From assembly GCA_004297805.1 (NCBI GenBank), contig SCTJ01000052.1, forward strand, positions 1 to 48,375: a stretch of DNA of 48,375 bases, given 5' to 3'. The position numbers were made by a program, and so were the translations under genes. The notes beneath the pieces were generated by a model. It was not told the origin of the DNA. It saw nothing but the letters and a program-made list of their open reading frames with translations, and ran no database searches. Source of the DNA: Patescibacteria group bacterium. Its GTDB lineage: Bacteria > Patescibacteriota > Minisyncoccia > Moranbacterales > SCTJ01. Below, in pieces: positions 1-8,622 of the stretch (the stretch's first letter is position 1; each line of letters starts with the position of its first letter).

Positions 1-32
1 CCCAAATTTTGCTCACTGCGATTTTTCATAAA

Positions 33-602
33 TCATTTCCCATCCTTAGTTATCAATATTTTCCTCAAGCTAGCTAGAGCGCGAGCATGACTACTCTTGA
101 CTGTATTGTATGGTTTTCCGAGAATGGCCGCAACTTCATTCAGAGACAGATCGTCCTGATAATGCATCAGCAAAATGGCCCGATAATGTTCTGAGATCTG
201 TTGCAGTTCTTTTTCTAGATTAGCTTTATCTCCTGCCAGAGCTAATAGCTCGTCGGACAACAAAGCCTCGTCACTGATCTGCTCCAGCTTGCTATAACCT
301 TCTGCGTCTAGAAAGTTAGAAAAAGGAATACTCTTTTTCTTTTTGAGATAATCAAAGGCGGTATTTTTAGCAATCGTAAACAGCCAGGTGCGAAACTTTT
401 TCGATTGATCGAAGCGTTTCAAATTTTTCCAAGCCTTCACAAAAGTCTCCTGCGTCAGATCATCCAGCGCTGATTGATCATGCACGATGTGATACAAAAA
501 GTTGTAAACCGATTTTAAATGTCGCTGTAAAAGCTCCGGGAACGCTGACTCGTCCCCCTCCAGATAGCGTTTGACTAGCTGTTTGTCAATTTCTTCATCC
601 AT
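33..602 (-). CDS. ECF-type RNA polymerase sigma-70 family factor
   Basis: 189 aa. Sigma region 2 (DLTQETFVKAWKNLKRF, RTWLFTIAKN) and region 4 HTH (LSLNEVAAILGKPYNTVKSSHARAL). Confidence 0.85.
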   Translation of the reverse strand: MDEEIDKQLVKRYLEGDESAFPELLQRHLKSVYNFLYHIVHDQSALDDLTQETFVKAWKNLKRFDQSKKFRTWLFTIAKNTAFDYLKKKKSIPFSNFLDAEGYSKLEQISDEALLSDELLALAGDKANLEKELQQISEHYRAILLMHYQDDLSLNEVAAILGKPYNTVKSSHARALASLRKILITKDGK

Positions 603-634
603 ACCCTTACTCTAGCAGCCTCACAGATCAAAAT

Positions 635-661
635 CAAACCCCGGGATTAATCCGGGGTTTG
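635..661 (-). terminator. Hairpin terminator downstream of rplU
   Basis: CAAACCCCGG-gattaat-CCGGGGTTTG, a perfect 10-bp stem about 28 nt after the rplU stop. On the minus strand it is followed by ATTTTGAT. Confidence 0.6.
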
Positions 662-688
662 ATTATTTAGAGTTCGATTGATTGTAAT

Positions 689-1000
689 CTAGGCAACTTT
701 GGTAATCTCAACGTGCGTCATTTGTTGCCGATGTCCAAATTTCAGTTTGTAGCGTTTTTTGGCGTTGTGTTTCATGCCCCAGACCTTTTTTTCCTTGCCT
801 TGCTTCACAATTTTGGCTTCAACCACCACCCCGCTCACCAGTGGAAAACCCACCTTTATCTTGTCGTCTTCACCTGACAACAGTACGTCGGCAAAGGTAA
901 CCGCATCGCCAACGGCCCCCTCAAGCTTGTCGATTTTGAGTTTCGTACCCGCCTCAGCAACGTATTGCTTGCCGCCCGTTCGAATCACTGCAAATGTCAT
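689..1000 (-). CDS. rplU: 50S ribosomal protein L21 (bL21)
   Basis: MTFAVIRTGGKQYVAEAG... is a typical bL21 N-terminus, and the size fits. ATG at 998-1000 is preferred over the upstream TTG at 1012. Confidence 0.9.
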   Translation of the reverse strand: MTFAVIRTGGKQYVAEAGTKLKIDKLEGAVGDAVTFADVLLSGEDDKIKVGFPLVSGVVVEAKIVKQGKEKKVWGMKHNAKKRYKLKFGHRQQMTHVEITKVA

Positions 1001-1080
1001 ATAAGTGTCCAAAAATTACCTGTTTACCCGTGCTGATTATCTTAGCAAAATGAGCGAATATGTCAACCAAGTCCTTTATA

Positions 1081-1122
1081 AAAAAGATAGAGCCCGGGAA
1101 GCGCACTGCGCCGCCCGGGCTC
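1081..1122 (-). terminator. Intrinsic terminator of the 1130-2107 gene
   Basis: GAGCCCGGG...CCCGGGCTC 9-bp GC stem. On the minus strand it is followed by TATCTTTTTTAT. Confidence 0.7.
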
Positions 1123-1129
1123 CTCTCAC

Positions 1130-2107
1130 CTATTTGGCCGCTGGAACTTCTCCGAGAAGGCGCATGAACGCCTCGACCATCTCCCTGGTCTTGGGATCGC
1201 CACTCTCCGCCAGCAACCCTTGTTTCCGCATTCTGAGAGCCTCCTCCTCCCGACGGAGCGTACCCAGTTGATCCTCAACTGGTTTGATAGCCTGAGCTAA
1301 CTTGGCCAGTTCGGCGTCGATAATGGCGATTTCTGTCTCGGCCTGTTTCATGCGGGCCGCCAGACGCAAGATCTCTTTAGCCCGCGCCAGCTGATCGGGC
1401 TGAACGGCCTCGCCCTGCTTGGCCACCATCTCGATTGCCTTCTGACTCAACGAGTAGACCCCGACCCCCTGACGGACGAAAAGTCCGCGCTCGGTCATGA
1501 CTCTGGCCAATTGGCCGATTGCCCGCGGCGTGATCGCCTCTCTGTCGGCCAGATTGTAGTCGATAACCAACTGGTGCAGGTCGTGCGAGGAAAACGCGCT
1601 GATTCCGTTGGACCTCAGCATCCCCTGGATGGCCTGGATAAGATACTCCAGGTAAACCGGATCGTCGATCATCTCGGAGACACCGAGACGCTTGCGCCCC
1701 GCTTCGAACATGGGAGGCTTCAGAGGCGGAACCACGGGAGGAGCCGGAGGCGGAGGCGGAACGACCAAGGCCGGAATCGGCTTGGCCAAGTCGACGCCCT
1801 TCTCCTTGGCTCTCAGCCTCTCAAAAGTCTCCCGAACATTGAGGCTGCCGGGAAGCATCACCCGAATCGCGAAGCACGAATCGTTCCCCGCGGTTTGCAC
1901 CGTGAAAACGATTGAGCGCGAGTCGAAACTCCTGACATACACCCCCTTCCGATGTGGACTGCCTTTGAGTTTCTCGGAGATGAAACCAGGAAACTCGCCA
2001 TCCAACTTGATGGACTCGAGACGTTGTTTCAATGCCGCCTCGAAGTCGACAACGGATAGCTCTTTGAAGTGCTTCCCGCCGCTACGAACATTGACTATGA
2101 CCGCCAT
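1130..2107 (-). CDS. Hypothetical protein (N-domain, poly-Pro linker, wHTH-like segment, C-terminal coiled coil)
   Basis: 325-aa ORF whose ATG is preceded by an AGGAGGG SD. Contains a PPPPPAPPVVPPLKPP linker and a heptad-like C-terminus (AETEIAIIDAELAKLAQAIKPVEDQLGTLRREEEALRMRK). No family recognised. Clearly more GC-rich than its neighbours. Confidence 0.7.
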   Translation of the reverse strand: MAVIVNVRSGGKHFKELSVVDFEAALKQRLESIKLDGEFPGFISEKLKGSPHRKGVYVRSFDSRSIVFTVQTAGNDSCFAIRVMLPGSLNVRETFERLRAKEKGVDLAKPIPALVVPPPPPAPPVVPPLKPPMFEAGRKRLGVSEMIDDPVYLEYLIQAIQGMLRSNGISAFSSHDLHQLVIDYNLADREAITPRAIGQLARVMTERGLFVRQGVGVYSLSQKAIEMVAKQGEAVQPDQLARAKEILRLAARMKQAETEIAIIDAELAKLAQAIKPVEDQLGTLRREEEALRMRKQGLLAESGDPKTREMVEAFMRLLGEVPAAK

Positions 2108-2241
2108 GGTGCCTATCCCTCCTTGTTCCTTGTGATTTTTTCAGGTACAAAACCGGCCGAATTGCCAGCCTATTATTGTACTCTATTTTTACTATTTTGT
2201 CAATAGTCGCCCCTCCCCGCTCCCGAGAAGACACAAGCAAC

Positions 2242-2264
2242 AAAAAGGGAGGCTATTTGCCTCC
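2242..2264 (-). terminator. Intrinsic terminator of the NUDIX gene
   Basis: Minus strand reads GGAGGC-aaata-GCCTCC followed by CTTTTTG. Confidence 0.6.
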
Positions 2265-2290
2265 GCCAAAATATTTAGCTCTCAAACTTG

Positions 2291-2758
2291 CTAAACGTTT
2301 CCAACTATTTCTAAATTCACCTTTCGCACCTCATTACCATTCTCATCGAACGAAAACTGGCCCTTAAACTTCTTGCCAGCCAAATAAAGCGGGTACCAAA
2401 ATGGGTCGTCCGGCCACATATCCCTGAAGGGCACATCCTTGATATCGAACCACTGCGGGATCAGCTTTTCAATTTCTTTGGGTTCACCGGAATATTTTTT
2501 GACATCGAAAGCGTGGACTTCGATCACATCCGGCTTGCCATAAAATTCAAACTGCATCAGCGCAAATTTCTCCATCGCCTCAATTTCCACGCCAATCTCC
2601 TCCCGCGTTTCCCGCTGGGCGCATTCCTCAATCGTTTCTCCGGCATCCAACTTGCCGCCAAATCCATTCCATCGCCCCTCGCCAAAGCCCTGTTTCTTCA
2701 GACCCAGCAACAATTTATCGCCCTCGCGAAACATGATAAGAGTTTGGATTATTTTCAT
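2291..2758 (-). CDS. NUDIX hydrolase (MutT/MTH1-like)
   Basis: Nudix box GGKLDAGETIEECAQRETREEIGVE (GX5EX7REUXEEXGU). 155 aa. Confidence 0.85.
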   Translation of the reverse strand: MKIIQTLIMFREGDKLLLGLKKQGFGEGRWNGFGGKLDAGETIEECAQRETREEIGVEIEAMEKFALMQFEFYGKPDVIEVHAFDVKKYSGEPKEIEKLIPQWFDIKDVPFRDMWPDDPFWYPLYLAGKKFKGQFSFDENGNEVRKVNLEIVGNV

Positions 2759-2780
2759 AAATCATTCTCCGCAGTGATAT

Positions 2781-3170
2781 TTAAGCTTCATCCAATATTT
2801 TAGAATGTCCGTCCGTGTTCCCATAGAAATCTTGATAATTAACGACCAGCTCCTCACCCACCCTTATATCCCGCAACGCCGTGGTTATATCGTCTCTCCT
2901 TTCGTCACAGTTTGGATTTAGTGAATGGTTAAAAAATCTGGCATCGTCAGAGCAAAGTAAGAACTTGCCGTATTTTTTATCAAGATGGGCATACTTGTAG
3001 ACTTGCTCTCTGGCAGGTTCGGAAAGTTGGTCAACTTCTTCTTTGGATAAGAGAAGGTCAAAGTTTGGCATGTATTTCCAAACCGTCATTCCTTTCGGAA
3101 TAAATTGATCCGCAAAGAGTCCAATTCCATCTATGGAACTTCTACCTATTTTTGTCTTAACCATCAACAT
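2781..3170 (-). CDS. SET domain-containing protein (putative protein-lysine methyltransferase)
   Basis: 129 aa with GIGLFADQFIPKG, FFNHSLNPNC (the NHSxxPN motif) and the RVGEELVVNY pseudoknot motif. Confidence 0.75.
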   Translation of the reverse strand: MLMVKTKIGRSSIDGIGLFADQFIPKGMTVWKYMPNFDLLLSKEEVDQLSEPAREQVYKYAHLDKKYGKFLLCSDDARFFNHSLNPNCDERRDDITTALRDIRVGEELVVNYQDFYGNTDGHSKILDEA

Positions 3171-3230
3171 ATGGTTTTTACTTCCCGCAACGCCCTATAA
3201 ATTCGCTTCGCTCACACGGGGGCAAGTCCA

Positions 3231-5870
3231 TTACTTCCCGCAGCACTTCTTATATTTCTTCCCGCTCCCGCAAGGGCACGGGTCATTGCGTCCGATTTCT
3301 TTGTCTTTGTTGACCAAGGGCTTGGTCACCACCGCCTCTTGAGATTCACCAGTCGCCTCCTTGATTCCCCCAAATTGTTCGACTTGATCGCTTGCACCTT
3401 TGAATTGCAGATTTTGATTCACTGCTGTTGATTGAGCGACGACTGGAGAAGTTGAAACTTTGAAAATCGAGTGCACCACGCTAGAGCGAATGTTCTCTAC
3501 TAAGTGTGAAAACATGCCAAAAGCTTCGCGCTTATATTCAACCAACGGATCACGCTGGCCATAACCGCGAAGGCCAATGCCCTGCCGCATATAATCAATT
3601 TCGTCCAAATGATTCATCCAAAAAGTATCAATGGTTTGCAATAGCAAAGAGCGTTCCACCTGACGCATCGCCTCTTCCCCAATTTCTTTTTCTTTGACGT
3701 TATAGGCCACCTTGGCCACCCCGATCAAATACTCCACCAATGCCCCCACTTTTTCAGCTTCATTTTTAGCTTTGTCATCGCGGATAATTTCCAATTGCTT
3801 GCGATCAGCTTCGCTCAAATGGAAAATGCCGCTCACATCCGCCATGATTGTGTCGAGCTGCCAGGATTCTTCCTCGTTCACACAATTCACTGATACCATG
3901 CGCTCCAACTCTTCTTGAACATCATGCAACACTTCGCGCTTGGTATCCTTGAGCGTCAAAATCTCTTTACGCTTTTTGTAGATCACTTCGCGCTGCTTGT
4001 TCATGACGTCGTCGTATTCCAACACATGTTTGCGCAAATCAAAGTTGTAACCTTCGATTTTCGATTGAGCACTTTCGATGGTACGGGATATCAACACATT
4101 TTGAATTGGCTGATCCTCCGGCAAACCCAACGAATCCATCATGCCTTTCATTTTGTCACCGCCAAAGCGCCGCATCAGTTCATCCTCGAGCGACACAAAA
4201 AATTGCGAGGCCCCTGGATCGCCCTGGCGACCAGCCCGTCCGCGCAACTGATTGTCAATGCGTCGCGCTTCGTGACGCTCTGTACCCAGGATGAACAATC
4301 CGCCTACTTCCCGCACGCCGTCACCCAGCTTAATGTCCGTTCCCCGGCCCGCCATGTTAGTGGCAATGGTCACCAAACCCTTTTGACCCGCCTGCGTGAT
4401 GATAGCCGCCTCCTGCTCGTGATGCTTGGCATTCAAAACTTGATGCTCAATGCCGTCCCGACTCAACAGCGCGCTCAAATATTCCGACTTTTCAATGGCA
4501 ATTGTGCCCACCAAAATCGGCTGGCCCATGGCATGCACTTCTTTGATTTTTTCCACAATCGCTTTGAATTTTCCTGCTTCAGTCTTGTAAATAACATCTG
4601 GCAGGTCCTTGCGCACCGTTGGCCGATTGGTTGGAATTTCCAAGGCATCGAGCTTGTAAACTTTGGAAAATTCTTCAGCACTGGTCGAAGCGGTTCCGGT
4701 CATGCCGGACAGTTTGTCATACATCCGGAAATAATTCTGGAAAGTAATGGTGGCCAAAGTACGCGACTCACGTTGCACTTCCACCCCTTCTTTGGCTTCA
4801 ATGGCCTGGTGCAGTCCCTCACTATAGCGCCGGCCCTGCATCAAGCGGCCAGTAAAATCATCCACAATAATGACTTCGCCCTCTTTAACCACATAATCGC
4901 GATCGAGCTTGAACAGTATCTGCGCTTTGAGCGACTGCTCCAAATGGTGAACATAGCTCACTTTCCCCGGATCATAGATATTCCCCATCCCCAAAATTTC
5001 TTCCACTCGCGCAATACCCTTGTCGGTCAAGGTCACCGCTTTCATTTTTTCGTCCACTTCATAGTCTTCCTGCTCTTTGAGTCGCGGAACGATACGCGCA
5101 AATTGCTGATAGAGCTTGGTCGATTCGGAGTCCGGAGCAGAAATAATGAGTGGCGTTCGTGCCTCATCAATCAAAATTGAATCGACTTCGTCGACGATGG
5201 CGAAATTGAGCGGCCGCTGTGTCATCTGCTCAAAACTCTGGACCATGTTGTCCCGTAGGTAATCAAATCCAAACTCATTATTGGTGCCATAAGTCACGTC
5301 GGCCGCATAGGCTTCGCGCCGCGTAATTGGCTTCAGGTTATCCATTTCAACCGTTACCTCATTGGTATCCATCACTTTGGCCTCATAGATGTAAGATGCG
5401 TCGTGGATTATGCAGGCCGTCGAAATTCCTAAAGCATAGAGGATGGATCCCATCCAGTTGCAATCACGCTTGGCCAAGTAGTCATTCACGGTCACCACGT
5501 GCACTCCCTTACCTTCAATTGCATTCAAATAAATGGCTAGAGTTGAGGTGAGGGTTTTGCCTTCCCCAGTTTTCATTTCCGCAATTTTACCTTGGTGCAA
5601 AACCACGCCACCGATAAGCTGGACATCATAGTGTCGTTCGCCAATCACTCGATCGGCGGCCTCGCGCACCACTGCAAAAGCCTCTGGCAGAATGTCATCC
5701 AGCGACTCTCCTTTTTTGATGCGCTCGCGAAATTCGACAGTCTTGGCCCGCAGCTCAGCGTCCGACAAGCGACGCATGTTTGCCTCCTGAGCATTGACCG
5801 CCTCGGCAATTGGTCTGAGTTTCCCAATCTCGCGTTCGTTCGAACCGAATATTTTCTTGAATATGGACAT
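3231..5870 (-). CDS. secA: Preprotein translocase ATPase SecA
   Basis: 879 aa. DEAD-like motor (MKTGEGKTL, IVDEVDSILIDEARTPLIIS, TNMAGRGTDIKLG) and a C-terminal zinc tail CPCGSGKKYKKCCG. Confidence 0.98.
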   Translation of the reverse strand: MSIFKKIFGSNEREIGKLRPIAEAVNAQEANMRRLSDAELRAKTVEFRERIKKGESLDDILPEAFAVVREAADRVIGERHYDVQLIGGVVLHQGKIAEMKTGEGKTLTSTLAIYLNAIEGKGVHVVTVNDYLAKRDCNWMGSILYALGISTACIIHDASYIYEAKVMDTNEVTVEMDNLKPITRREAYAADVTYGTNNEFGFDYLRDNMVQSFEQMTQRPLNFAIVDEVDSILIDEARTPLIISAPDSESTKLYQQFARIVPRLKEQEDYEVDEKMKAVTLTDKGIARVEEILGMGNIYDPGKVSYVHHLEQSLKAQILFKLDRDYVVKEGEVIIVDDFTGRLMQGRRYSEGLHQAIEAKEGVEVQRESRTLATITFQNYFRMYDKLSGMTGTASTSAEEFSKVYKLDALEIPTNRPTVRKDLPDVIYKTEAGKFKAIVEKIKEVHAMGQPILVGTIAIEKSEYLSALLSRDGIEHQVLNAKHHEQEAAIITQAGQKGLVTIATNMAGRGTDIKLGDGVREVGGLFILGTERHEARRIDNQLRGRAGRQGDPGASQFFVSLEDELMRRFGGDKMKGMMDSLGLPEDQPIQNVLISRTIESAQSKIEGYNFDLRKHVLEYDDVMNKQREVIYKKRKEILTLKDTKREVLHDVQEELERMVSVNCVNEEESWQLDTIMADVSGIFHLSEADRKQLEIIRDDKAKNEAEKVGALVEYLIGVAKVAYNVKEKEIGEEAMRQVERSLLLQTIDTFWMNHLDEIDYMRQGIGLRGYGQRDPLVEYKREAFGMFSHLVENIRSSVVHSIFKVSTSPVVAQSTAVNQNLQFKGASDQVEQFGGIKEATGESQEAVVTKPLVNKDKEIGRNDPCPCGSGKKYKKCCGK

Positions 5871-5898
5871 TGAAAAATCGTAAAATTAATACCCTCGC

Positions 5899-5907
5899 AT
5901 TCTAGCA
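5899..5907 (-). promoter_or_regulatory. Extended -10 promoter element for secA
   Basis: Minus strand reads TGCTAGAAT (TGnTAnnAT) about 29 nt upstream of the secA ATG. Confidence 0.5.
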
Positions 5908-5952
5908 AACAAACCCGGCCCAGTCAAAGCATCCAAACCCTTGTCAAAAACG

Positions 5953-5981
5953 AAAAAAGCCGCTATTTCAGCGGATTTTTT
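5953..5981. terminator. Possible bidirectional hairpin terminator
   Basis: AAAAAAG-CCGCT-atttc-AGCGG-ATTTTTT. The stem is short (5 bp) and flanked by A6 and T6. Confidence 0.45.
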
Positions 5982-6003
5982 CCAAAGACGTAGAGTGCAA
6001 AAG

Positions 6004-6108
6004 CTACATCATTCTCTGGATGATATACACGAAAGTGCCGGCCGTAACCGCCACCACCACCAAGATGCTGGTTCCGAGTCCCGTACTAACTGTTTGCTTC
6101 ATGTTCAT
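6004..6108 (-). CDS. Possible 34-aa single-pass membrane peptide
   Basis: MNMKQTVSTGLGTSILVVVAVTAGTFVYIIQRMM has one clear hydrophobic helix. It lies between the 6176 gene and the terminator. No homology support. Confidence 0.25.
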   Translation of the reverse strand: MNMKQTVSTGLGTSILVVVAVTAGTFVYIIQRMM

Positions 6109-6175
6109 GTTGTTTGTTTCACTTGTTATTGCTAACACTATATCACAAATATCGACCAGCGTATAGTGGATAACC

Positions 6176-7264
6176 TTATTTGGTGAATTTGAAGGTGGAA
6201 AGGACTTGGTTAAATTCTGGTAAAGATTTTTGTACTTCTTTTTTGCCATCATAGTTAACGTATTCATTCCCACCTTCCGGAATTGGCACTATATTAAACA
6301 AATAACCATTTCTTGCAATTGAAAAAAAGTAGCCCTCCCTAAAACAAGCGTCCCCGCCAAGAATATAGATTTCTTTTGACTGATATCCATCCACGCCGAC
6401 AGTAACACTCTTAAAAGAATTTTTCTCACAGGAGGTAGGCTCATCACCGGTACTGGCTATTTCATCCGTAAATCTTTGGTCATCCAACCCTAATCCCTTA
6501 TATATTTTTACATCGAAACCAGAGCTATTTTCTTCAAGGGTTCTAGATTTACGAAAAGCAACTGCTGATTCAAAGCGCATTCCGCAGCAGGGTGATTTTA
6601 TTTCTGGCGCCTCCCATCCCGCCGGATATATGAACTCAAATCCATATTTTTTGTTTCGATAAGTTTTCCAAGCAGACACATCATCCGCTTTTCCAAACTT
6701 TACCGGCAACTTGAATGACTCATCCAGCGCCCGATTATCGGATGGATTGTCTTTTTTGAAGAGCAGGTAGCCCTCCGAAGTGGTTGGCTGACTGAATTTC
6801 ACTTCTCCCCTGAAGTCTACGAATTCAGTGGTCATCCAGGTGTCCTCGGCAGATTTCGGAACAAATTGCGCTGGCGCTGATCCGATTAACTTCCCATTGC
6901 TATCATGCACTTCTACTGGGAAACTGCCTTCAAAAAACCAAGTTCCACGTGCCCGCCCAGTCACCACCACTGGACTAGAAATGGCTGCACCTATGCCAGG
7001 AGAGCTGACAATAAGTTTATCCGCTAAGCCTGTCGTCTTGGGACACTCGGCAAATTCGCAATTGGGACCAGTGCGTCCCACCGCTGACCCGTCCGAACAA
7101 ATCTTGGCATCTTCAGTGCAAGCCTTGGGTTGGGTTGGCAGCATGCTAAACGGAACAGTTTCGACATTGATCAATCTATTCTCCTGCCAAGCGATAACCG
7201 CTACCAACACTACCAGCGACAACAGGAGGACAGATCCGAGAGCAGTATTAACATGTTGTTTCAT
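6176..7264 (-). CDS. Membrane-anchored secreted protein with Gmad2-like Ig domain
   Basis: N-terminal TM (ALGSVLLLSLVVLVAVIAW). The segment ISSPVVVTGRARGTWFFEGSFPVEVHDSNGKLIGSAPAQF resembles the Gmad2 immunoglobulin-like domain. Confidence 0.55.
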   Translation of the reverse strand: MKQHVNTALGSVLLLSLVVLVAVIAWQENRLINVETVPFSMLPTQPKACTEDAKICSDGSAVGRTGPNCEFAECPKTTGLADKLIVSSPGIGAAISSPVVVTGRARGTWFFEGSFPVEVHDSNGKLIGSAPAQFVPKSAEDTWMTTEFVDFRGEVKFSQPTTSEGYLLFKKDNPSDNRALDESFKLPVKFGKADDVSAWKTYRNKKYGFEFIYPAGWEAPEIKSPCCGMRFESAVAFRKSRTLEENSSGFDVKIYKGLGLDDQRFTDEIASTGDEPTSCEKNSFKSVTVGVDGYQSKEIYILGGDACFREGYFFSIARNGYLFNIVPIPEGGNEYVNYDGKKEVQKSLPEFNQVLSTFKFTK

Positions 7265-7282
7265 AGTTTCGAGTTAAAGAAA

Positions 7283-7744
7283 TTAGAAAGATTTGCCATC
7301 TTCACAAAAACTCAAGCCATAATTCTTTCCAGCCAGCGATCGATTCACAACTTCGGGCACCGTCAACGTAACGTCCAGTTGACACATTTCGGCTTCACTC
7401 ACGTTGAGAATGCGCAGTAAATCTTGTTCGGCTAAAGTCCTAGCGCCATTGAGATTTAAAGAATCCCAAACGCGAATTTCAAATGAACCTTTGCCAATTG
7501 TATTGTAAAGGATTTCGAAGCGGGTAGCACGCTTCACATAGATACCCTCACGCAGCAAGAATTCACCGCTCTGTTGAGGATCGGCTACCGCGATCAATCC
7601 TCCATCTTTAGCTTCAAGCATCAATGACCGTTCCGGCCCCGCTACTGGAGCAATATTACTTTTCCATATCAAATAGCCAACTATTGGCAAAATGAAGACT
7701 GCTACCAGACCACCGATCACAATCGCTTTCTGTTGCATTCCCAT
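7283..7744 (-). CDS. Hypothetical membrane-anchored protein
   Basis: 153-aa ORF with an N-terminal TM (AIVIGGLVAVFILPIVGYLIW). No family recognised. Confidence 0.5.
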   Translation of the reverse strand: MGMQQKAIVIGGLVAVFILPIVGYLIWKSNIAPVAGPERSLMLEAKDGGLIAVADPQQSGEFLLREGIYVKRATRFEILYNTIGKGSFEIRVWDSLNLNGARTLAEQDLLRILNVSEAEMCQLDVTLTVPEVVNRSLAGKNYGLSFCEDGKSF

Positions 7745-7762
7745 ATGAACAAGTGTCTAAAT

Positions 7763-8200
7763 CTATTTCCCGGTCACCGTCACCGCCGGCTGCTTCGTGA
7801 TGCTGATATTAATATTGACCAGATTCGGATTGATGACATAGAGAATTAGCCAGGAAACCATAGCTACAATCAGACCCAGCAAGGCATCGGTAATGAGTTT
7901 TTTGGCCGTCCCTGCTTGGGAGGAATTGCCGGCCGCCGTCATATAGAAGAAGGCGCCGATGGTAATCATGATTAAAGCCGAGATGCCTACTGCCCACAAG
8001 CCAAACTTGTAGAGGTTAGTAACAAAGGTTGGGAAGTCGCTGGTCAGCGAAAAACCTGGGATGGGTTCCACTGGTTGATAGGAGAAAGTGCCCGTAGCGT
8101 CAGCGGCTTGGCAGGGTGTGGCCAGCTGAATTATCAGAAATAACCCCAGCATCGTTCCTCTCAGTAGCCACCGCGCTACCAATTTTTGTTTTTGAGTCAT
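7763..8200 (-). CDS. Membrane protein, TrbC/VirB2-like (T4SS-pilin-like) family candidate
   Basis: Signal peptide ending CQA, two C-terminal TM helices with a small polar loop (FYMTAAGNSSQAGTAKK), and a C-terminal YVINPNLV. The ATG at 8200 avoids overlap with hpf. Confidence 0.4.
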   Translation of the reverse strand: MTQKQKLVARWLLRGTMLGLFLIIQLATPCQAADATGTFSYQPVEPIPGFSLTSDFPTFVTNLYKFGLWAVGISALIMITIGAFFYMTAAGNSSQAGTAKKLITDALLGLIVAMVSWLILYVINPNLVNINISITKQPAVTVTGK

Positions 8201-8216
8201 CTTTTTGTTCGAACGA

Positions 8217-8585
8217 TTATTTACGAAATCTGGCACTTTTGTCGAGCACCATTTTTTTCTTGAGTGACATGCGACCTCGTTTTTTGAGCGTCCTTATTTT
8301 TTCCTTATCCTGCTTGACCTGCCGCTTGAGTTCATCCTCAACTGCGTCCACCGAGCCTTCGATGCTGATGGTTGTTTCCTCAGCTCGATAGAGTTTGTAG
8401 GGAGTTTTAACCATCACCTCCACTCGGAACTTTCCCTTCTTATCACGATCAATTTCGATTTCGATACGCATCACGTCATCCAAGAGTCGCCCGACCGTTC
8501 CCAAGCGCTTCCGGATATAGGCATCAGTTCGATCATCAATTTCCACTCCTCGAAACAAAAACCGAGTACTATTAGCTACTGTCAT
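8217..8585 (-). CDS. hpf: Ribosome hibernation promoting factor (HPF/RaiA, S30EA family)
   Basis: 122 aa. Pattern IEIDRDKKGKFRVEVMVKTPYKLYRAEETTISIEGSVDAVEDELKRQV is typical of the family. Confidence 0.8.
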   Translation of the reverse strand: MTVANSTRFLFRGVEIDDRTDAYIRKRLGTVGRLLDDVMRIEIEIDRDKKGKFRVEVMVKTPYKLYRAEETTISIEGSVDAVEDELKRQVKQDKEKIRTLKKRGRMSLKKKMVLDKSARFRK

Positions 8586-8622
8586 AGCTTTCTGTCTTTA
8601 AATTAATTAGCCTTTCGTGTAA

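Noticed and set aside
1511-2135. 134-aa and 147-aa plus-strand ORFs.
   Set aside because: They are antisense to the GC-rich 1130-2107 gene. Their Arg/Gly/Pro-rich translations are what high GC produces by chance. They have no SD or start context.
3915-5180. 421-aa plus-strand ORF, along with several shorter ones at 3506-3918 and 5327-5873.
   Set aside because: It lies entirely antisense to secA, whose identity is unambiguous. The translation is low-complexity and His/Phe/Leu-rich with no recognisable motif. This is a typical shadow ORF.
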